DNA of 64,000 bases from Gracilinanus agilis (lineage: Eukaryota). The DNA lies in contig NC_058133.1 in NCBI RefSeq assembly GCF_016433145.1, positions 178,719,261 to 178,783,260 of the forward strand, written 5' to 3'. Of the stretch, positions 12,101 to 24,850 are shown in pieces. Every line of letters begins with the position of its first letter. Position 1 is the stretch's first letter. The notes beneath the pieces were generated by a model. It had not been told where the DNA came from. It worked only from the letters and a program-made list of their open reading frames with translations, and made no database searches. The position numbers and the translations under genes were made by a program.

Positions 12101-12399
12101 AAAGTCTCATTTTGGAGCAAACCTCGTCCCCAGAATGTTTAGACGTACCTACCTACCTCCACACATACATACACACATACGTATGTCAGTATAGAGACAG
12201 AGCTCAAGAGAGCTCTGCGTGTTTACTTAAAGGGGCTTTTCTGGGATATTCTAAAAATTTCACAAATACATTCCTGGCCTGGGGGTATTTACCAGGAAGT
12301 CAAAAATGACTCCTCTCCAGCCAGGCAGGTTTAGCATCTAAATCTCTCTTTGGGGCACTGACTGTGCATACCAAAAAATAAAATAAAATAAACAGAACT

Positions 12400-12790
12400 C
12401 TTCAGTGGAATTTTTATGAAAGGCATCCCCGGGGCTGCCGCTCTCCCAAAGGTAATACCCCAGATTCTTTGGGCCCAGATCTGCAGCATTCAGAGGCAAG
12501 TCTGACTTCACTTTATTAACTAATTAGCTAAAAATGAAGGTCGTGGGAGTGAAGGGACATCATTGTCAGCCCTGTGAATGTATGAGTTGAAAATAGTCTT
12601 CTTAATCTGAGCATTAATGCTATCAGCATCCACTTGAAAGGGCCTCTGTGTGTAAAACTGGAGTCCCAAACACAAAGTTGTATTATTAGAACCCCTCCAA
12701 AGCAGCCCTTAAAGGGGGGCACGTAGAGGCCTAATTATCATGTGTGCTAAAGAGAAAGGGTTTCTCCTCAGCTCTGCTAGCATGAACAGG
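12400..12790. promoter_or_regulatory. Candidate conserved non-coding element
   Basis: Repeat-free; tttattaactaattag, cattaatg, cctaattatc; retained CpGs. Confidence 0.45.
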
Positions 12791-12809
12791 GAACTCCCCC
12801 AAAGCATTC

Positions 12810-13040
12810 CTCATTGCTACACAAATTGTGGTGTATATGAATTAAATGGAGTATTAATGTGCCCTGAGAAATGGAAGAATTCAGAGAAGCCTGGGAAGAC
12901 ATAGAGGAACTGATGTAGAGAGAAATAAGTGGGACTAGGAAAACAATATGCACATTATAAAGGGAAGGAACAACTTCAACAAATCTTCAGTTCTATGTAA
13001 TTATAATAACCAATGAGAGAAAGAAACGCCCATCTTTTTC
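12810..13040 (+). mobile_element. Old L1 3' fragment
   Basis: acaaattgtggtgtatatgaat...agagaagcctgggaagac...gaactgatg matches the marsupial L1 ORF2 end (KLWYM...REAWKDL). Confidence 0.75.
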
Positions 13041-13104
13041 TTCTTTGCAGGAGGGAGAGAGGGATCAAAAGAAGAAACTTTGATTAAGCACCTACTGGGG
13101 AATC

Positions 13105-13345
13105 AGGGTGGTGCAGTGGATAGAACCAGGATCCACAGGCAGGAAGACCAGGGTTCAAATTCAACCTCAGACACCTACTAGCTGTGTGATCCTGGGTGAG
13201 TCACTTCACCCTGTTTGCCTCAGTTTCCTCATCTGTAAAATGAGCTGGAGAAGGAAACAGTGAACTACTCCAGTATCTTAGCCAAGAAAATAATAAATGG
13301 GGTGATGAAGAATCAGGAATGACTGAAATGGCTGAACAACATCAA
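13105..13345 (+). mobile_element. MAR1-type SINE
   Basis: ggtggtgcagtggataga...gctggagaaggaaacagtgaactactccagtatctt. Confidence 0.9.
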
Positions 13346-13359
13346 ATAGCATCTATTAA

Positions 13360-13560
13360 GTGCCTGGTACTATGCTACAAGTATCACCTCATTTGATCCT
13401 CACAATAACCCCAGGAGACAGGTGCCACTATATTCCCCAGTTCAGAATTGAGGAAACTGGAGCAAAGAGAGGTTAAATGAATTGCCCGGGTGATCGCACT
13501 GGCGACAAGGGACTGAGGCCAGATTTGAACTCAGATCTTCCTGATTTTCCCCTACTACAC
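13360..13560 (-). mobile_element. MIR
   Basis: catttgatcctcacaataaccc...gaggaaactg...gatttgaactcag. Confidence 0.8.
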
Positions 13561-13870
13561 CAACAGCTGGCTATCTAGATAAGATGGAGAGACAGTTGCA
13601 TACAAACTATTTCACATAGTCTGTGTGTGTATATATATAGACATACATGTGCACACACACAGAGTCATAAAGGTTCAGCTGATGTATTGGTTGGTTTTGC
13701 TAAATTGCTTTTTTCCTCATTCTTTCTTTGGTTGTTACAAGAATCAACTCTGTTTAAGAGAAACAAGGATCTCAATAGGGTCACATTAGGGCTAGAAGAG
13801 TCCTTAAAGATCATCCAGTTTACCCATTTCCCCTTATTTTATAAGGAACTGAGAGGCATATTTATGTCTT

Positions 13871-14042
13871 TTAAACCCGTACTTTCTGGCTTAGTAACAA
13901 AGCTAAGAAAGATGGGCAAGAGCTAGGGTTAAGTGACTTGTCTAGGGTCACATAATTAGGAAGTATCTGAAAACAAATCTGAACCCAGGTCCTCTGGGTT
14001 CCAGGCCTGGCCCTATGTCCTCTCAAGCCACCTTGTTGCCCC
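13871..14042 (-). mobile_element. SINE1_Mdo-related SINE
   Basis: gctagggttaagtgacttgtctagggtcaca...ctgaacccaggtcc. Confidence 0.85.
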
Positions 14043-14669
14043 AAGGTATATTTATTTTTGAAGGGAACTCAGAGGTTTAGTTAGGGTCATGGGCTCACAA
14101 ATTCAGAGCTGGAAGGGACCTTCAAGGCCATCTAAGTCCAACCCCTCATTTTACAGATAAAGAACTGACAGAAAGTGATGCTTAGTGATTTGCCCAAGGT
14201 CACACAGCTAGAAGGAAATGAAAGTAATTTAAAAGCAAAAGATATCAATAAAAAAGCTCTCCTCACCAAAGACATTTGGTAACGTAATCTCAGTCTGCCT
14301 CAGCACAAAGCTTCCTAAAATGTAATCCAATCTACATATGGATCCTCAAAAAAAAAAAAAAAAAAAATCAGAAGCCTCACGCTGGATACTTTGAAGACCT
14401 AAAAGGGGAAGTCCTCCCAGCAGGGATAAGCAAGATTGCTGTGTGTGTCTCCACGGGAAGGAGGTGCTGAAATGAGGCAGATCCTCCTTTGGTACAGGTG
14501 CTCCCCCAGGGAAAGAGATGGAGAGCTATGGGCATAAGAGAAAGGGAGACAGCAAGAAGGAAGAGCAGACAGACTCTGAAGTGCCAAACAAAAGGCTCCT
14601 GCTTTCCAGAGGAGATGGAGGACACCATCTCTTTGGAGTGGCGATCACAGCTAGATGGAGCAGTGGAGA

Positions 14670-15050
14670 GAGACAAGAGCCCAGGAAGAACTGACATCAA
14701 ATCCAACCAGATACTTCCTAGCTGTGTGTCCCTGGGCAAGTCTGTCTATCTTTCCTTATCTATAAAAAAACAGCATTTCAGGGCTGTTATGAGGATAATT
14801 TTTAAAAAACCTTTACTTTCTTCTTAATAACAGCTCTAAGACAGAAGGGCAAGAGCTAGGCAGAGTTAAGTGACTTGTCAAGAGGCATGCAGCTAAGGAA
14901 GTGTCTGAGGTCAGATTTGAACCCAGGTTCTCCACATTCCAGGTCTAGCTCTCTATCCAATGAGCCACCTAGCCTCCCCCAGAAGATAAATTGAGAAAAT
15001 GTTTGTAAAGCACTTTGTATAACTTAAAACACTATACAAATGCTGGTTGC
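14670..15050 (+). mobile_element. MIR interrupted by a minus-strand SINE1-type element (14805-14980)
   Basis: The MIR body resumes at ...gtttgtaaagcactttgt after the nested SINE. Confidence 0.75.
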
Positions 15051-15699
15051 TGTTGTTGTTATGGCTGAGGCTTTGCAGATGTAACACGCTCTTTTCTTAA
15101 TTTTCAATTTAATAGATATTTATCGAGCATCATCTATGGGCAGAATATTTTGCTAAATGTTAGAGAAGATTCAAAGATACAATATATTCTCTGGATGACT
15201 TCCTGTTTTTCTAGGAAATCTCAAGCAACCATAGCAAGACCTTTATAGACCTTCTCCCAGTCCTTTAACTCCCTCCCTCCCTCTTTGCCTCTCACCCGCC
15301 TCAAACTTTCCTGCCTCTTGTCTCCTAGGAGAGGGAAGGAATTCACCAGATGCATGCATGAGACCCAGTGGGTCTGCAAGTTCCTCTCTGGCTTCTGAAA
15401 AGCAAAGACAGCCCGGCTGACAGGAAGGCTCATTAGTCAGCCTCACCAGCTGCTACCGCTGGGCACCAGGCATCATCTGAGACACTCCAACCTTGGGGAT
15501 GCTGAGGAAGGTGAGCTCTGAAGGCAGGGCTGTGCCTGGGGATTCTAGAGTCAGGGCAGACCCTGTTTCCTCTCCTCAGCCTCTCTCTCTGCCATCACTT
15601 AAGCTAGCAAAGCACAGGGCTGTCCTGCTCCACCCCGCCCTTCATGTAATAAGGTGGGGTGATAACTTGTATTCCAATTTTTTAAAAATAGTTATCATA

Positions 15700-15945
15700 T
15701 CTATCAGTGTTGTTATCACTCTTTGTGACCCTAAATTAGAGTTTTCTTGGCAAAGATACTGGAGTGGTTTACCATTTCCTTCTCAGCTCAACATATAGAT
15801 GAGGAACTCAGGCAAACAGGGTAAAGTGACTTGTCCAGGGTAACACAGCTAGTAAGTATTTGAGGCTGGATCAAACTCAAGAAAATGAGTCTCCCTGATT
15901 CCAAATCCAGTGCTCTATTTACTGGGCCACCTAGCAGCCCCCTTC
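15700..15945 (-). mobile_element. MAR1-type SINE
   Basis: ttttcttggcaaagatactggagtggtttaccatttccttctc. Confidence 0.9.
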
Positions 15946-16069
15946 TCTATTATCTGTGCAAGAATCTGCAAAACATTAAGTATAAAGGAATAATAGCAAA
16001 ACGGTGACATGTTTCAGAGTAATTTCTGTATCAAAAAAGAAGAGAGATCAATGATGTTAACAACAATAA

Positions 16070-16270
16070 TCATTGATGTCTTGTAAGGCTTCAAGGTTTG
16101 CAAAACAATTTAACATAGATATCATAAACTTTGATAGGTTAGATACTAAGGAGTTATCTCCATTTTTCAGATGAGGAAACTGAGGCACACAGAGGTTAAA
16201 TGGCTTATCCATGGTTACCCAAGAAGTAGGAGTCAAGCAATAAATCTGAGCCTTCTAAACTCCAAGTCTA
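16070..16270 (-). mobile_element. MIR
   Basis: cattttcagatgaggaaactgaggcacacagaggttaa. Confidence 0.85.
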
Positions 16271-16644
16271 GCCCTCTTATACATGATTCCACAATGCTCA
16301 GGCCTGAGGCAAGTTACTTTGGTAGCAACTTGGGTAAGGGTGGAAAGAAGGAAATAACATGATATAAATGCGGGTGGGTGGGCACATGATATAAACAGGC
16401 CCAATTGCTTCCTCCAATTAGTTTTACTTGAATGTACCTCATAACCTCATAAAGAAGAACATTCAGCATTGGGGGGGGGGGTCATTAGGCCAAAATGCAT
16501 AACTGGGCAGGTCTTTTTTTTAAAACCTTTATCTTCTGTCTTAGAATAGATACAACATATCAGTTCCAAGACAGTTTCGGGGATAATAATAATAGCATCT
16601 CCCTTCCAATTATGAGGATCAAGTAAAATAATCATTCTTTTAAA

Positions 16645-16830
16645 TCCTTACCTTTCATCTTAGACTCAATACTGTGTCTTGATTGGTTCCAAGGCAAAGG
16701 AGCATTAAGGGCTAGGCAATGGGGGTAAGTGACTTTGTTTGAGGCTACACCGTGAGGCCAGATATGAACCCAGGACCTCCTATCCCTAGATCTGGCTCTC
16801 TATCTACTGATCCATCTAGCTGCCCCTGGC
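16645..16830 (-). mobile_element. SINE1_Mdo-type SINE
   Basis: ccttacctttcatcttagactcaatact...ccatctagctgcccc. Confidence 0.9.
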
Positions 16831-18469
16831 TAGGGACTCTTAAGCTAGAAAGGTAACCAATTCTGTTTCAGCAATGGGTTGTAGATGGGGTAGTTATTGA
16901 GAGTCAAGGCTAATGATCTATAGAAACTCATCATTTGAATAATTGTGAGCAATCAGTGATGCTTTTCTGACCACCCTCCGCCCCCCAAGCTGCTCACAAA
17001 GGTCACCTACTAAGGTGTAGCCAGGTTAGAACCTATGCCAATACATGACAGCTCTTCTGAGTGGAGTATGTCTAAGATCCCTCAGTTGGAAGGGAAGTCC
17101 CAGAGATAATTCAGAGAAAAAGGTCATCGGGTACCACCTTTCCACATAGGGGGAAGAAAAGTGACAGTAGGAATGAGCCTCTCAACTTCCAGCAGCCTGA
17201 AGCCCTGCAGACATCAGTCAGTTAGAAGGCAATGGTTTAAAAGTTCCTTCTCACACAGCCTGAGCTCTCTACACCTGCTCTGAATCCTTAAAGTCTGGCC
17301 CATCTGGGTGGGGAAGAATGTAGAAGTGAGAGAAGTTAGATAAATGAACTTCTCTGCGTCATTGGTTGGGTTATACCAGGCTAACCCATCTCTTCCTCCA
17401 CAACCACTTTCCCACTATTCCCACAGACTCCTCCAGCCACTAGTTTTTTTAAGAGCTTTCCTCCTGCCTTATCTGATGGACCACCATGTCCATCCGATCC
17501 TGAAAGAGGAACTGAGCTACAGCTGGTTTCTCCACTAAAGATATCCTAGACTCCATAAATGGTGTCTGGAAATGACATCCTAGACATCTGTCAGCAAGAC
17601 AGGAAGAAGAATATGGCTTCAGACCAGCAGAGTTTTGTGTGCTTTTTCTTCCTTTTTAATCCCATTCTCCCTCTGATTCCTTACTCTGAAATTTGCAATT
17701 TCTATAAATCTCAGTACTCCCCTCCCCTCCCCATTCTCAACAAGGCTCCTTTGGGTGCTGCTGTGAACTAAAAGATTTGTTCCTCTCTTCCCTTCATCCC
17801 CTCCTTTCCCACTCTCCATTCCTCCTTGCAGGTAGCAAACAGAGATATCTGGCCAGAGTGCCCTCTTTAAAAGTAGATTTGGGGGGAAAAGCTCATAACT
17901 CTGCTCTCTAATCAGAAGGTCCTTCCTTCTCCCTCTCCCTCTCCCTCTCTCCATGACTCACAGTAATTCAACCTCCCCCTCTTCTGAACCTCAACAGAAA
18001 TTTCCCCTTTAGGGACCTCAAGTTATTCACGCTTGAAAGCAAAGAAGGTTGAGTGTACTAGGAAACTGGATACAATGACTTAAGGAAGCATTAAAAAATA
18101 CATCTAGGAATCCCGTTTAAATATGGAAGACTTTCTCTGGAAGAAAAAAAAAGACTTTTCAGATCACTCGTACCCAAGCTTCCTTAAGTGTGTCTTTTGA
18201 CACAGCTGGAGATAGTTTTCCCAATTGGTTCATATAAGCTTTAGTTTTAAAAAAAAAAGGAAAGATAACCATAAAGATGATGAAAAGTTGTTTTTGTGTA
18301 CCACTTACACATATCACTTTGAAGGCCATGAGCACCAGGCATGCTGATAACTTTCCAACTTTCTTCATAAAAGAATAATTCTAAATAAAAGAATCAAGTC
18401 ACTACTAGTAGCTTCAGATACTGTTGGTGGTTCCCTTTTCCTGGTTCCCCCCGCTGCACCCCCACAATG

Positions 18470-18960
18470 GTTTTCAGAGGCACTTCACTTTCCTGGTTGC
18501 CCTTCTATGTCTCTGACTGCTTCTCTATCTTCTTTGCCGGTTCTTCCTCCCAATTTCTTTAAGGGATGTGCTCCCCAAGGCCCTGCGCTTTGGTCATTCT
18601 TCCTTCCTCCAGCTATAGTCTCTCCATAGACTCCCTCAGCAATCTCCTCCTATGGCTTTTCTCCATCTATACCATTAGGCAGATAATTCCCAAATCTTTA
18701 TTTCTATTGAATTTTTCAGACTCCAGACCTGGATCTCTGTCTGCAAGACATCTCCATCAATTCTTTAGATTCTGTATCCCAATAGCTGACATTCCATCAA
18801 TATATGAAATTCAGCAGGTCCAGAGCCAAACTATATTACAGCTTCCTTCCCAACCCTGCTCCCTCCTCTTGTTGCTCACAACTTCTGCCAGTGACCTTAC
18901 TGCTTACTTGATAATTTGAGATTATCTCTGACTCTTTCCTTTCTCTTACTTCAAATTCCA
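18470..18960 (+). mobile_element. L2 LINE internal (RT region) fragment
   Basis: ccccaaggccctgcgctttggtc...gcagataattcccaaatc resembles degenerate GVPQGSVLGP...YADDSQI. Confidence 0.75.
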
Positions 18961-19109
18961 TTAGTTACCGAGTTCATCAGGATCCCAGACATAAAGATAT
19001 AAAGCTAGGAGGGTCCTTAGAGGCCATCAGATACAACAGTCTCATTTTACAGATGAAGAAACTGAGATCCATAGAGGTTAAGAGACTTGCCCCAGGTCAC
19101 ACAGGTAAT

Positions 19110-19480
19110 AGTTAATCAACAAGCATTTATTAAGCATCTGCTATGTGCCCCAGTAGCATACTAAGCACTGAGAATAAAAGGTTAAAAGGACTGTCCTTAT
19201 CCTAAAGGATCTAAGGGGGAAGACAACTTACAAAAAGAAGCTAAAAGAAGGGGAAGGTACCTGGAACAAGGTCATGAGGGAGGAGTGTAGCCAGGTAGGA
19301 AAGAAGAGAGATGTCTGGCCAGGATGCCCTCCTTAGAAGTAGATTTTTGGAGAAAAGCTCATCACTCTACTCTCTAATAAGAGGGACAGAGGGTACTGTG
19401 AATACCAAGGCTGATGTGACTTTGCAGGATGATGAAGTTCCTGGGGGCATGATGGAGGGCAGCCAGACGGGTAATGAAAG
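19110..19480 (-). mobile_element. L2_Mars-like element
   Basis: aatcaacaagcatttattaagcatctgctatgtgcc followed by the marsupial-specific internal segment. Confidence 0.75.
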
Positions 19481-20099
19481 AAACAGATAGTAATATAATA
19501 GGCAGAAGAGGCAAGACTTGAATCTGGGTCCTCTGACTCTACCGCTAGGGTTCTATATCAAAGATGCCTCTTGAAAAATGGATATGTCCTAACCAATAAG
19601 CAAAGAGAGTGTCTATTGATGTGACCCAAGACAGAACATTCCCAAACATAGGCGTGGATTTGATAGACAAAGTGTGTCAGCCACCATGGCTTGCCATTCA
19701 TTAAAGCAATGTGGCAGCCTGCCAAATTATAAATAGACCAGCTCATTTTTAAGATGACCAGCTATTCAGCAAAGCTCTCTGGCCTTTAGCAATGTTGTAA
19801 GCCTGACTCCTCTTAACCTCTTTTAGACAGATGCTTGACAGGGAACCCTGTTCTGACCCAACCAACTAGCTAAGTAAACTCTCATCTTTCCTCTCTTCCC
19901 TCCCTCTTCTCCTTTCTTTCCTCTCTCTATCTCTCTGTCTCTGTCTGTCTGTCTCTCCCTCTCCCGCTTTCTCAGCCTTCCCATAAGTTTTTCTGATCAA
20001 CAGATACAGACTAGTTTTACACCAAGGACAGAGATAAAAGGCTTCTCTCAATCATAATGATGACCAGCACAATGTTAAGAAGAAATTAAATGTAGCTTC

Positions 20100-20400
20100 T
20101 TATATTCCAGTAGGCAGGAAGGCAAATGGAGATGGTCAGCTAGCCAGGATTTCACTAAAATAGCTTTTACTTTTTAAATCACCTTCATTCACACATGGCA
20201 CGAGAATATGCCTTTCCTTCCACCCTCCACAGGTCAAAAGTGGTCACCTGTAGCTTCTGCTTGAGACAAGTATCATCAGTGTGTGTAAATACCTTCCATC
20301 AATGTTACTGTGGAATATTGGTGTCTCCAGATCTTGAGCGAAAGGGAAAACAAAATCATTCCCCACTTTGGCACCCCAAAAGTTAGTTTGATCTAGGCAT
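20100..20400. promoter_or_regulatory. Candidate enhancer with DR4 nuclear-receptor element
   Basis: AGGTCA-aaag-TGGTCA at 20231-20246 with overlapping CACCTG; repeat-free context. Confidence 0.35.
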
Positions 20401-20574
20401 TCTGAAAACTGTTTCCTTCCCCAAAGTGAATGCTCTGGCCCCAAAAGAGCCTCAATCTGATCATGTGGATTCAGGTCACAAGAAATGCAGAATGTAAAGG
20501 ATAATTAGATCAATTATGGTAGGATAAAGAGCAGAATTTATGAGAGGCTGGATGGAATAGAATCACAGAAGGAT

Positions 20575-20780
20575 GATATAGAGCACAGTGTATAGGGTGC
20601 TGGACTTGAAGTCAGGATGACCTTGGTTCAGAGTCTGCTTCAGAAACTTATTAGCTGTGTGACCCTGAAAGAGTTATCTAAGCTCTCTGGATCTCAGTGT
20701 CCTCATTATAAAATAAGGGGGTTGGATGTGATGACCTCTAAAGTCTCTTCCAGCTATAAATATATGTATGATCCTATGAA
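20575..20780 (+). mobile_element. MIR
   Basis: tagctgtgtgaccctg...ctcagtgtcctcattataaaataagggg. Confidence 0.85.
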
Positions 20781-21339
20781 GGTCAGAGCTAGAAGAGACC
20801 GCAGAATTGTATAATTCTATACAATTGTATATTCCGTACAATTCTAATTTCATAAAGGACAAAACTGATGCCCGGGGAGGTAAGAGGATGTGCTCATTGT
20901 CACACAGCTGGTTTGGTAAAGGAATGGAGGTTAGAACCTATCATTCCTAGTTTCTAGTCCAGTGTATTTTCTAAGTGAGTACACTGGCAAGGTCAACTCT
21001 CTCACCAAGGGTTGCATGGATCTTCATTTAACAGAGAGTCTGCAAGACCCACAAGGATCTCCCAAAGAAGTTTCCCAAGAGATTCTGTGATGAAGATGCT
21101 CCATTTCATAAATATTCATTTCATAATGTATATTACCTTTCCTAAATCTGTAAAATCACACACCATGTCATTTACACAATCTCTTTCCCTTTCCTGGTGT
21201 TAGTAAACTTTGATTTCTGTCTTCCAGCTTCTAAAAGGCTTCATCAACTAGTTCAAAGGCTTCTTCTTTACCATGCTCTCATGAAGACATAATATGGTAG
21301 AAAGAATATTGAATGTGACAAGAGACCTGGGTTGGAATC

Positions 21340-21500
21340 TTTTGTTGTTTTTGTTATTCAGTCATTTCAAGTGTGTCCAACAACTCTTTGTGACCCCATT
21401 TGGGGTTTTCTTGGCAAAGACACTGAAATGTTTTATTGTTTCCTTCTCCAGTTCATTTTTCAGATGAGGAAACCAAGGCAAACAGGGCTAAATGACTTGC
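21340..21500 (-). mobile_element. MAR1-type SINE (3' part)
   Basis: gtgaccccatttggggttttcttggcaaaga. Confidence 0.85.
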
Positions 21501-21559
21501 CTAAGGACAATGGAATGGTGACACTAAATATAACTCCTCACTACAGATTTCTGACATTT

Positions 21560-23380
21560 CTGCAACCCTGAACTCTGAAATCCCAGTCTCCAACCACACC
21601 TTTTATCTTTTCATCCCTTCAATAATCATCCTACTTTCTGACCTAATTGAGAACTCCTATAACATTTTCCGATTCTCTTCCCCTATCTCCCTAGCTGAGG
21701 ATTCCCTTGTTTCTATACCCAGGCTCACCATTATGGTCAGTCACTTAAAATAACTTGCCCTGCCATTGAAACTACCATGCATAGTGTTTGACATTGTGAT
21801 ATTTTGGACATGCTAATTTCCCCCCCCCCCCAAATAAGCTCTGCCATAGATTTCTCCTACTCCAGGTTCCCAGCTGCAGAGCATGATTAGAGAAAATCTC
21901 AAAATCCAATTTTACCAATTATAAATTGATAGTATATAACCTCAGCTGGGCACTCATGGATACTTAGAAATCATTCCATTCAGAACACTGATTCCCTGCC
22001 CTCATTCTACATGAAGACCATTTCAAACATTTTCCCTTCATTTTCAAACCCCTAAGTGCACTTCAACCTTAGATGATGGAGTCTGACTCCATTGGGAAGA
22101 TCAAGGCCATCCAATCAGGACTCTCTTTTGACTTTTCTACATCACATCTGCAGGCTTCTAAGAATGTAGGGGACAGAGTGATAGATGTGGACGGCCTGAC
22201 TAGGAATCCTGCGTTAGACATTTATGAGCTTCATCACTCTCAGCCTCAGTTTTCTCATCTGTAAAATGAGGGAGCTGGACTAGATGGATTCTAAGATCCC
22301 TTCCAGTACTAAATCTGGGATTCCATAAGATCCTATGACCTATGTCTCTAAGCAGTGTCTCTTCCTTTTCCTTCTTTCCTATCTTAGAAGAATAAGATTC
22401 CAAGATCCTTGCCAAAATGGATCCATCTACTCATGTCTTGGGTCTCATATTCTCCCGTCTCCACGATCTTGCTCTAGCAATCATTCTCTTGTTTGTACCT
22501 TCACTTTGCCTCCCCTTTATCTCTCCCTATCTACCAGGAGTCCAATTGAGAAATGAGCTGAGGGAATAGCTAGTAATCTAATTTGACTGGAAAAGAGAGC
22601 ACACAAATGGGAATTCTACGAAAAAAAGCTAGGGGGGAAAGGGTAGAGAAAGATTGTCGATGGCTTTGAAGGACAAATCAAGAAGTCTGTATTTTATTCG
22701 CTAGGGAATGAGCAACCACAGATGCTTTGTTTGGAACAGCCAAGTGACGTGGTCAGACACACACATTAGGAAGATGACCTTAGATGCTGAGAATGATGGA
22801 TTGAAGGAGGGGGTGTCTGGAGGCAGGGAGTTTTGTAAGGAGGCCATTAAAATTGTCTAAAAGAACAAAGAGGAAGGCCTGAACTTCAGAGGTGGCAGGG
22901 GAGAAGAAAGGAAGGGGCAGAGATGAGAGACATAAAGGAAGGTCATATGGGGGAGACAGGCAAAAGGAATAAGCATTTATTAAGCACCTTAGGACAGTAC
23001 TGTCCTTTCTCAAGTCAACATCTGCAGTTTGTGAAACTGTTTGCCAGCCCCTATACTCTCATCCATCCTCTCTGGATATATTTCTCCTGCCTTGGATCAA
23101 ATTCTGAGCACCCTTCTCTGCTCTCTCCTCCTAGCTATCTGCTCCAACTTGGTCGAGGTTGCTACTATCTGTTTCTTCCTACTGATTCCTTAATGGTGGT
23201 GATCACCAAGGTTCAGTCCTGATCTCTTCTCCTCCAAATCTCTCCCTTGGAAATTTCATTCATTTCCATGGTTTTAACAATCATCTCTACACAGATGACT
23301 CAAAATTCTACATCTGGAGTCCTGAACTCTCCCCCCACTACCCTTAGGTCAAGATCTCCACCTGTATCCCTAAATATCTA
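21560..23380 (+). mobile_element. Long fragmented L2 LINE (ORF2/RT remnants) with nested MIR and antisense L2
   Basis: 23195-23320 reads GDHQGSVL...FHGFNNHLYTDDSKFY (YADD-motif region); gcagagcatgattagagaaaatc resembles AERxWRKS; minus-strand L2 at ~22560-22960, MIR at 22180-22330. Confidence 0.75.
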
Positions 23381-23387
23381 CATATGG

Positions 23388-23787
23388 CAGAGGTTTTTAG
23401 CCTGGAGTCCATAAACTTTTTCTTTTTTATTTTACAAGGACTTAAAAAAATTACCTTCTGTCTTAAAACCAACTGGTTCCAAGGTAGAGGAGTGGTAAGG
23501 TCTAGGCAACGACGGTTAAGCGAATTGCCCAGGATCACAGTTAGGAAGTGTCTGAGACTGGGTTTGAACCCAGGACCTCCTGTCTCTAGGCTTGCCTCTC
23601 AATCTACTAAGTAACCTAGCTGCTCCTGATGGACTTGTTCTTAAAATATTTTGTTAACTGTTATTTCAAATTAATTGGTTTCTTTGTAATCCTGCATTTT
23701 ATTTTGTTCATTTAAAAATATTATTCTGAAAAAGCGAGGTTGCTAAAGGGGTCCATGAGGCACACACAAAAAAGTTAAGAACCCCTG
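23388..23787 (+). mobile_element. Charlie4z-like hAT MITE interrupted by a SINE1-type SINE (23440-23628, minus)
   Basis: Starts cagaggtttttagcctggagtccat, ends ggggtccatg...aaagttaagaacccctg. Confidence 0.8.
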
Positions 23788-24399
23788 CCTATTTTAAGGG
23801 GAGCTAGAGTTTTACTTAATCCGACTTTGGAGCCAGGGCTAAACTATTAACCATTACCCATTGTTTCTGCAGTGATACCCTTGTTATTACCTTCTTTACA
23901 CTTATAATTCCCTCTAGCAAAGTACTCTGCATGCGGTAGGTGCTAAATAAAAAGATCTTTAAAAAAAAATTTTTTTTGTAAGGCCAATGACTTGAATCGT
24001 TGAACCCCTCAACATCTCAGTTTGTTGGAAAAGATGGAACGAGGGGCATGCAGGGCAAGAAGCTGGTCTCCTCTAAGGACTGTGGCACATCTGGGTGAGC
24101 AGGTACAAAATAAGCCCACCCATCCATCTCACGAAACCCTGGAAGGAAATATCAGAGAATGGAGCTGAAAGAACAAGCTGGATTTTTTTCTTGACCTTCC
24201 AAAATGGCCTCTCCCCACAAATGATTGCCCCCCTCCCCGACGGTAACCCTTTTCTTTCCAGAATTCCAGACAACTCTGGTTTGAGATGCACGGCTTGTCA
24301 ATGACTTAAATTCCTTGAGAGGTACTGGGTAGGTTTCTGGGTTTGGGGTGAGCTGCGGCTTTTGAAATGGCTGTGACCTTCCTTCTTCCCCCTCCCCCT

Positions 24400-24850
24400 G
24401 GTTACACAGCAACAGAAATTAAATTGATTCAGTTTATCAGCACCCTGCATCTAAGTGATTAAATTCAGCCACTAGAAAAGTCTGGTTTTTGCTGCATCTG
24501 AGGAACAGAAACCCTGTTGCCAGCTCTAAACCCACAAGCCTCAGGAAGGAGGGGACAAGAGGGGGTGCAAAAAGGCCCACATAACAGGTACAAATTTACA
24601 GCCCTTGTCACTTAGGATTTATCGCGCAAATATCAGCTCTTTCTGAGAAACTGGGGCCGTTGGTGAATCCACAGTGGAAGCTGGCACTTGACACCCACAG
24701 CCGTTATGGAACAGGTGGCCCAGCGAGGGCAGGGGGAAGCGCCAACCTGCCCACTTCTTCCTAGGCCTATCCATCACTCATAACAGCTGGGGGCTGACTG
24801 CTCTTCAACAGAAATCCCTAACAAGCTACCCTGAACCAATCCAGTTTAGG
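24400..24850. promoter_or_regulatory. Candidate conserved non-coding element
   Basis: Repeat-free; aattaaattgattc, tgattaaat, atttatcgcgc; retained CpGs. Confidence 0.45.

Noticed and set aside
17841-19385. Similar ~75-bp segments at ~17841 and ~19309 (agagat.tctggccag...aagtagattt...aaagctcat)
   Set aside because: Best explained as two copies of the internal part of a marsupial L2-like repeat, not a local duplication.
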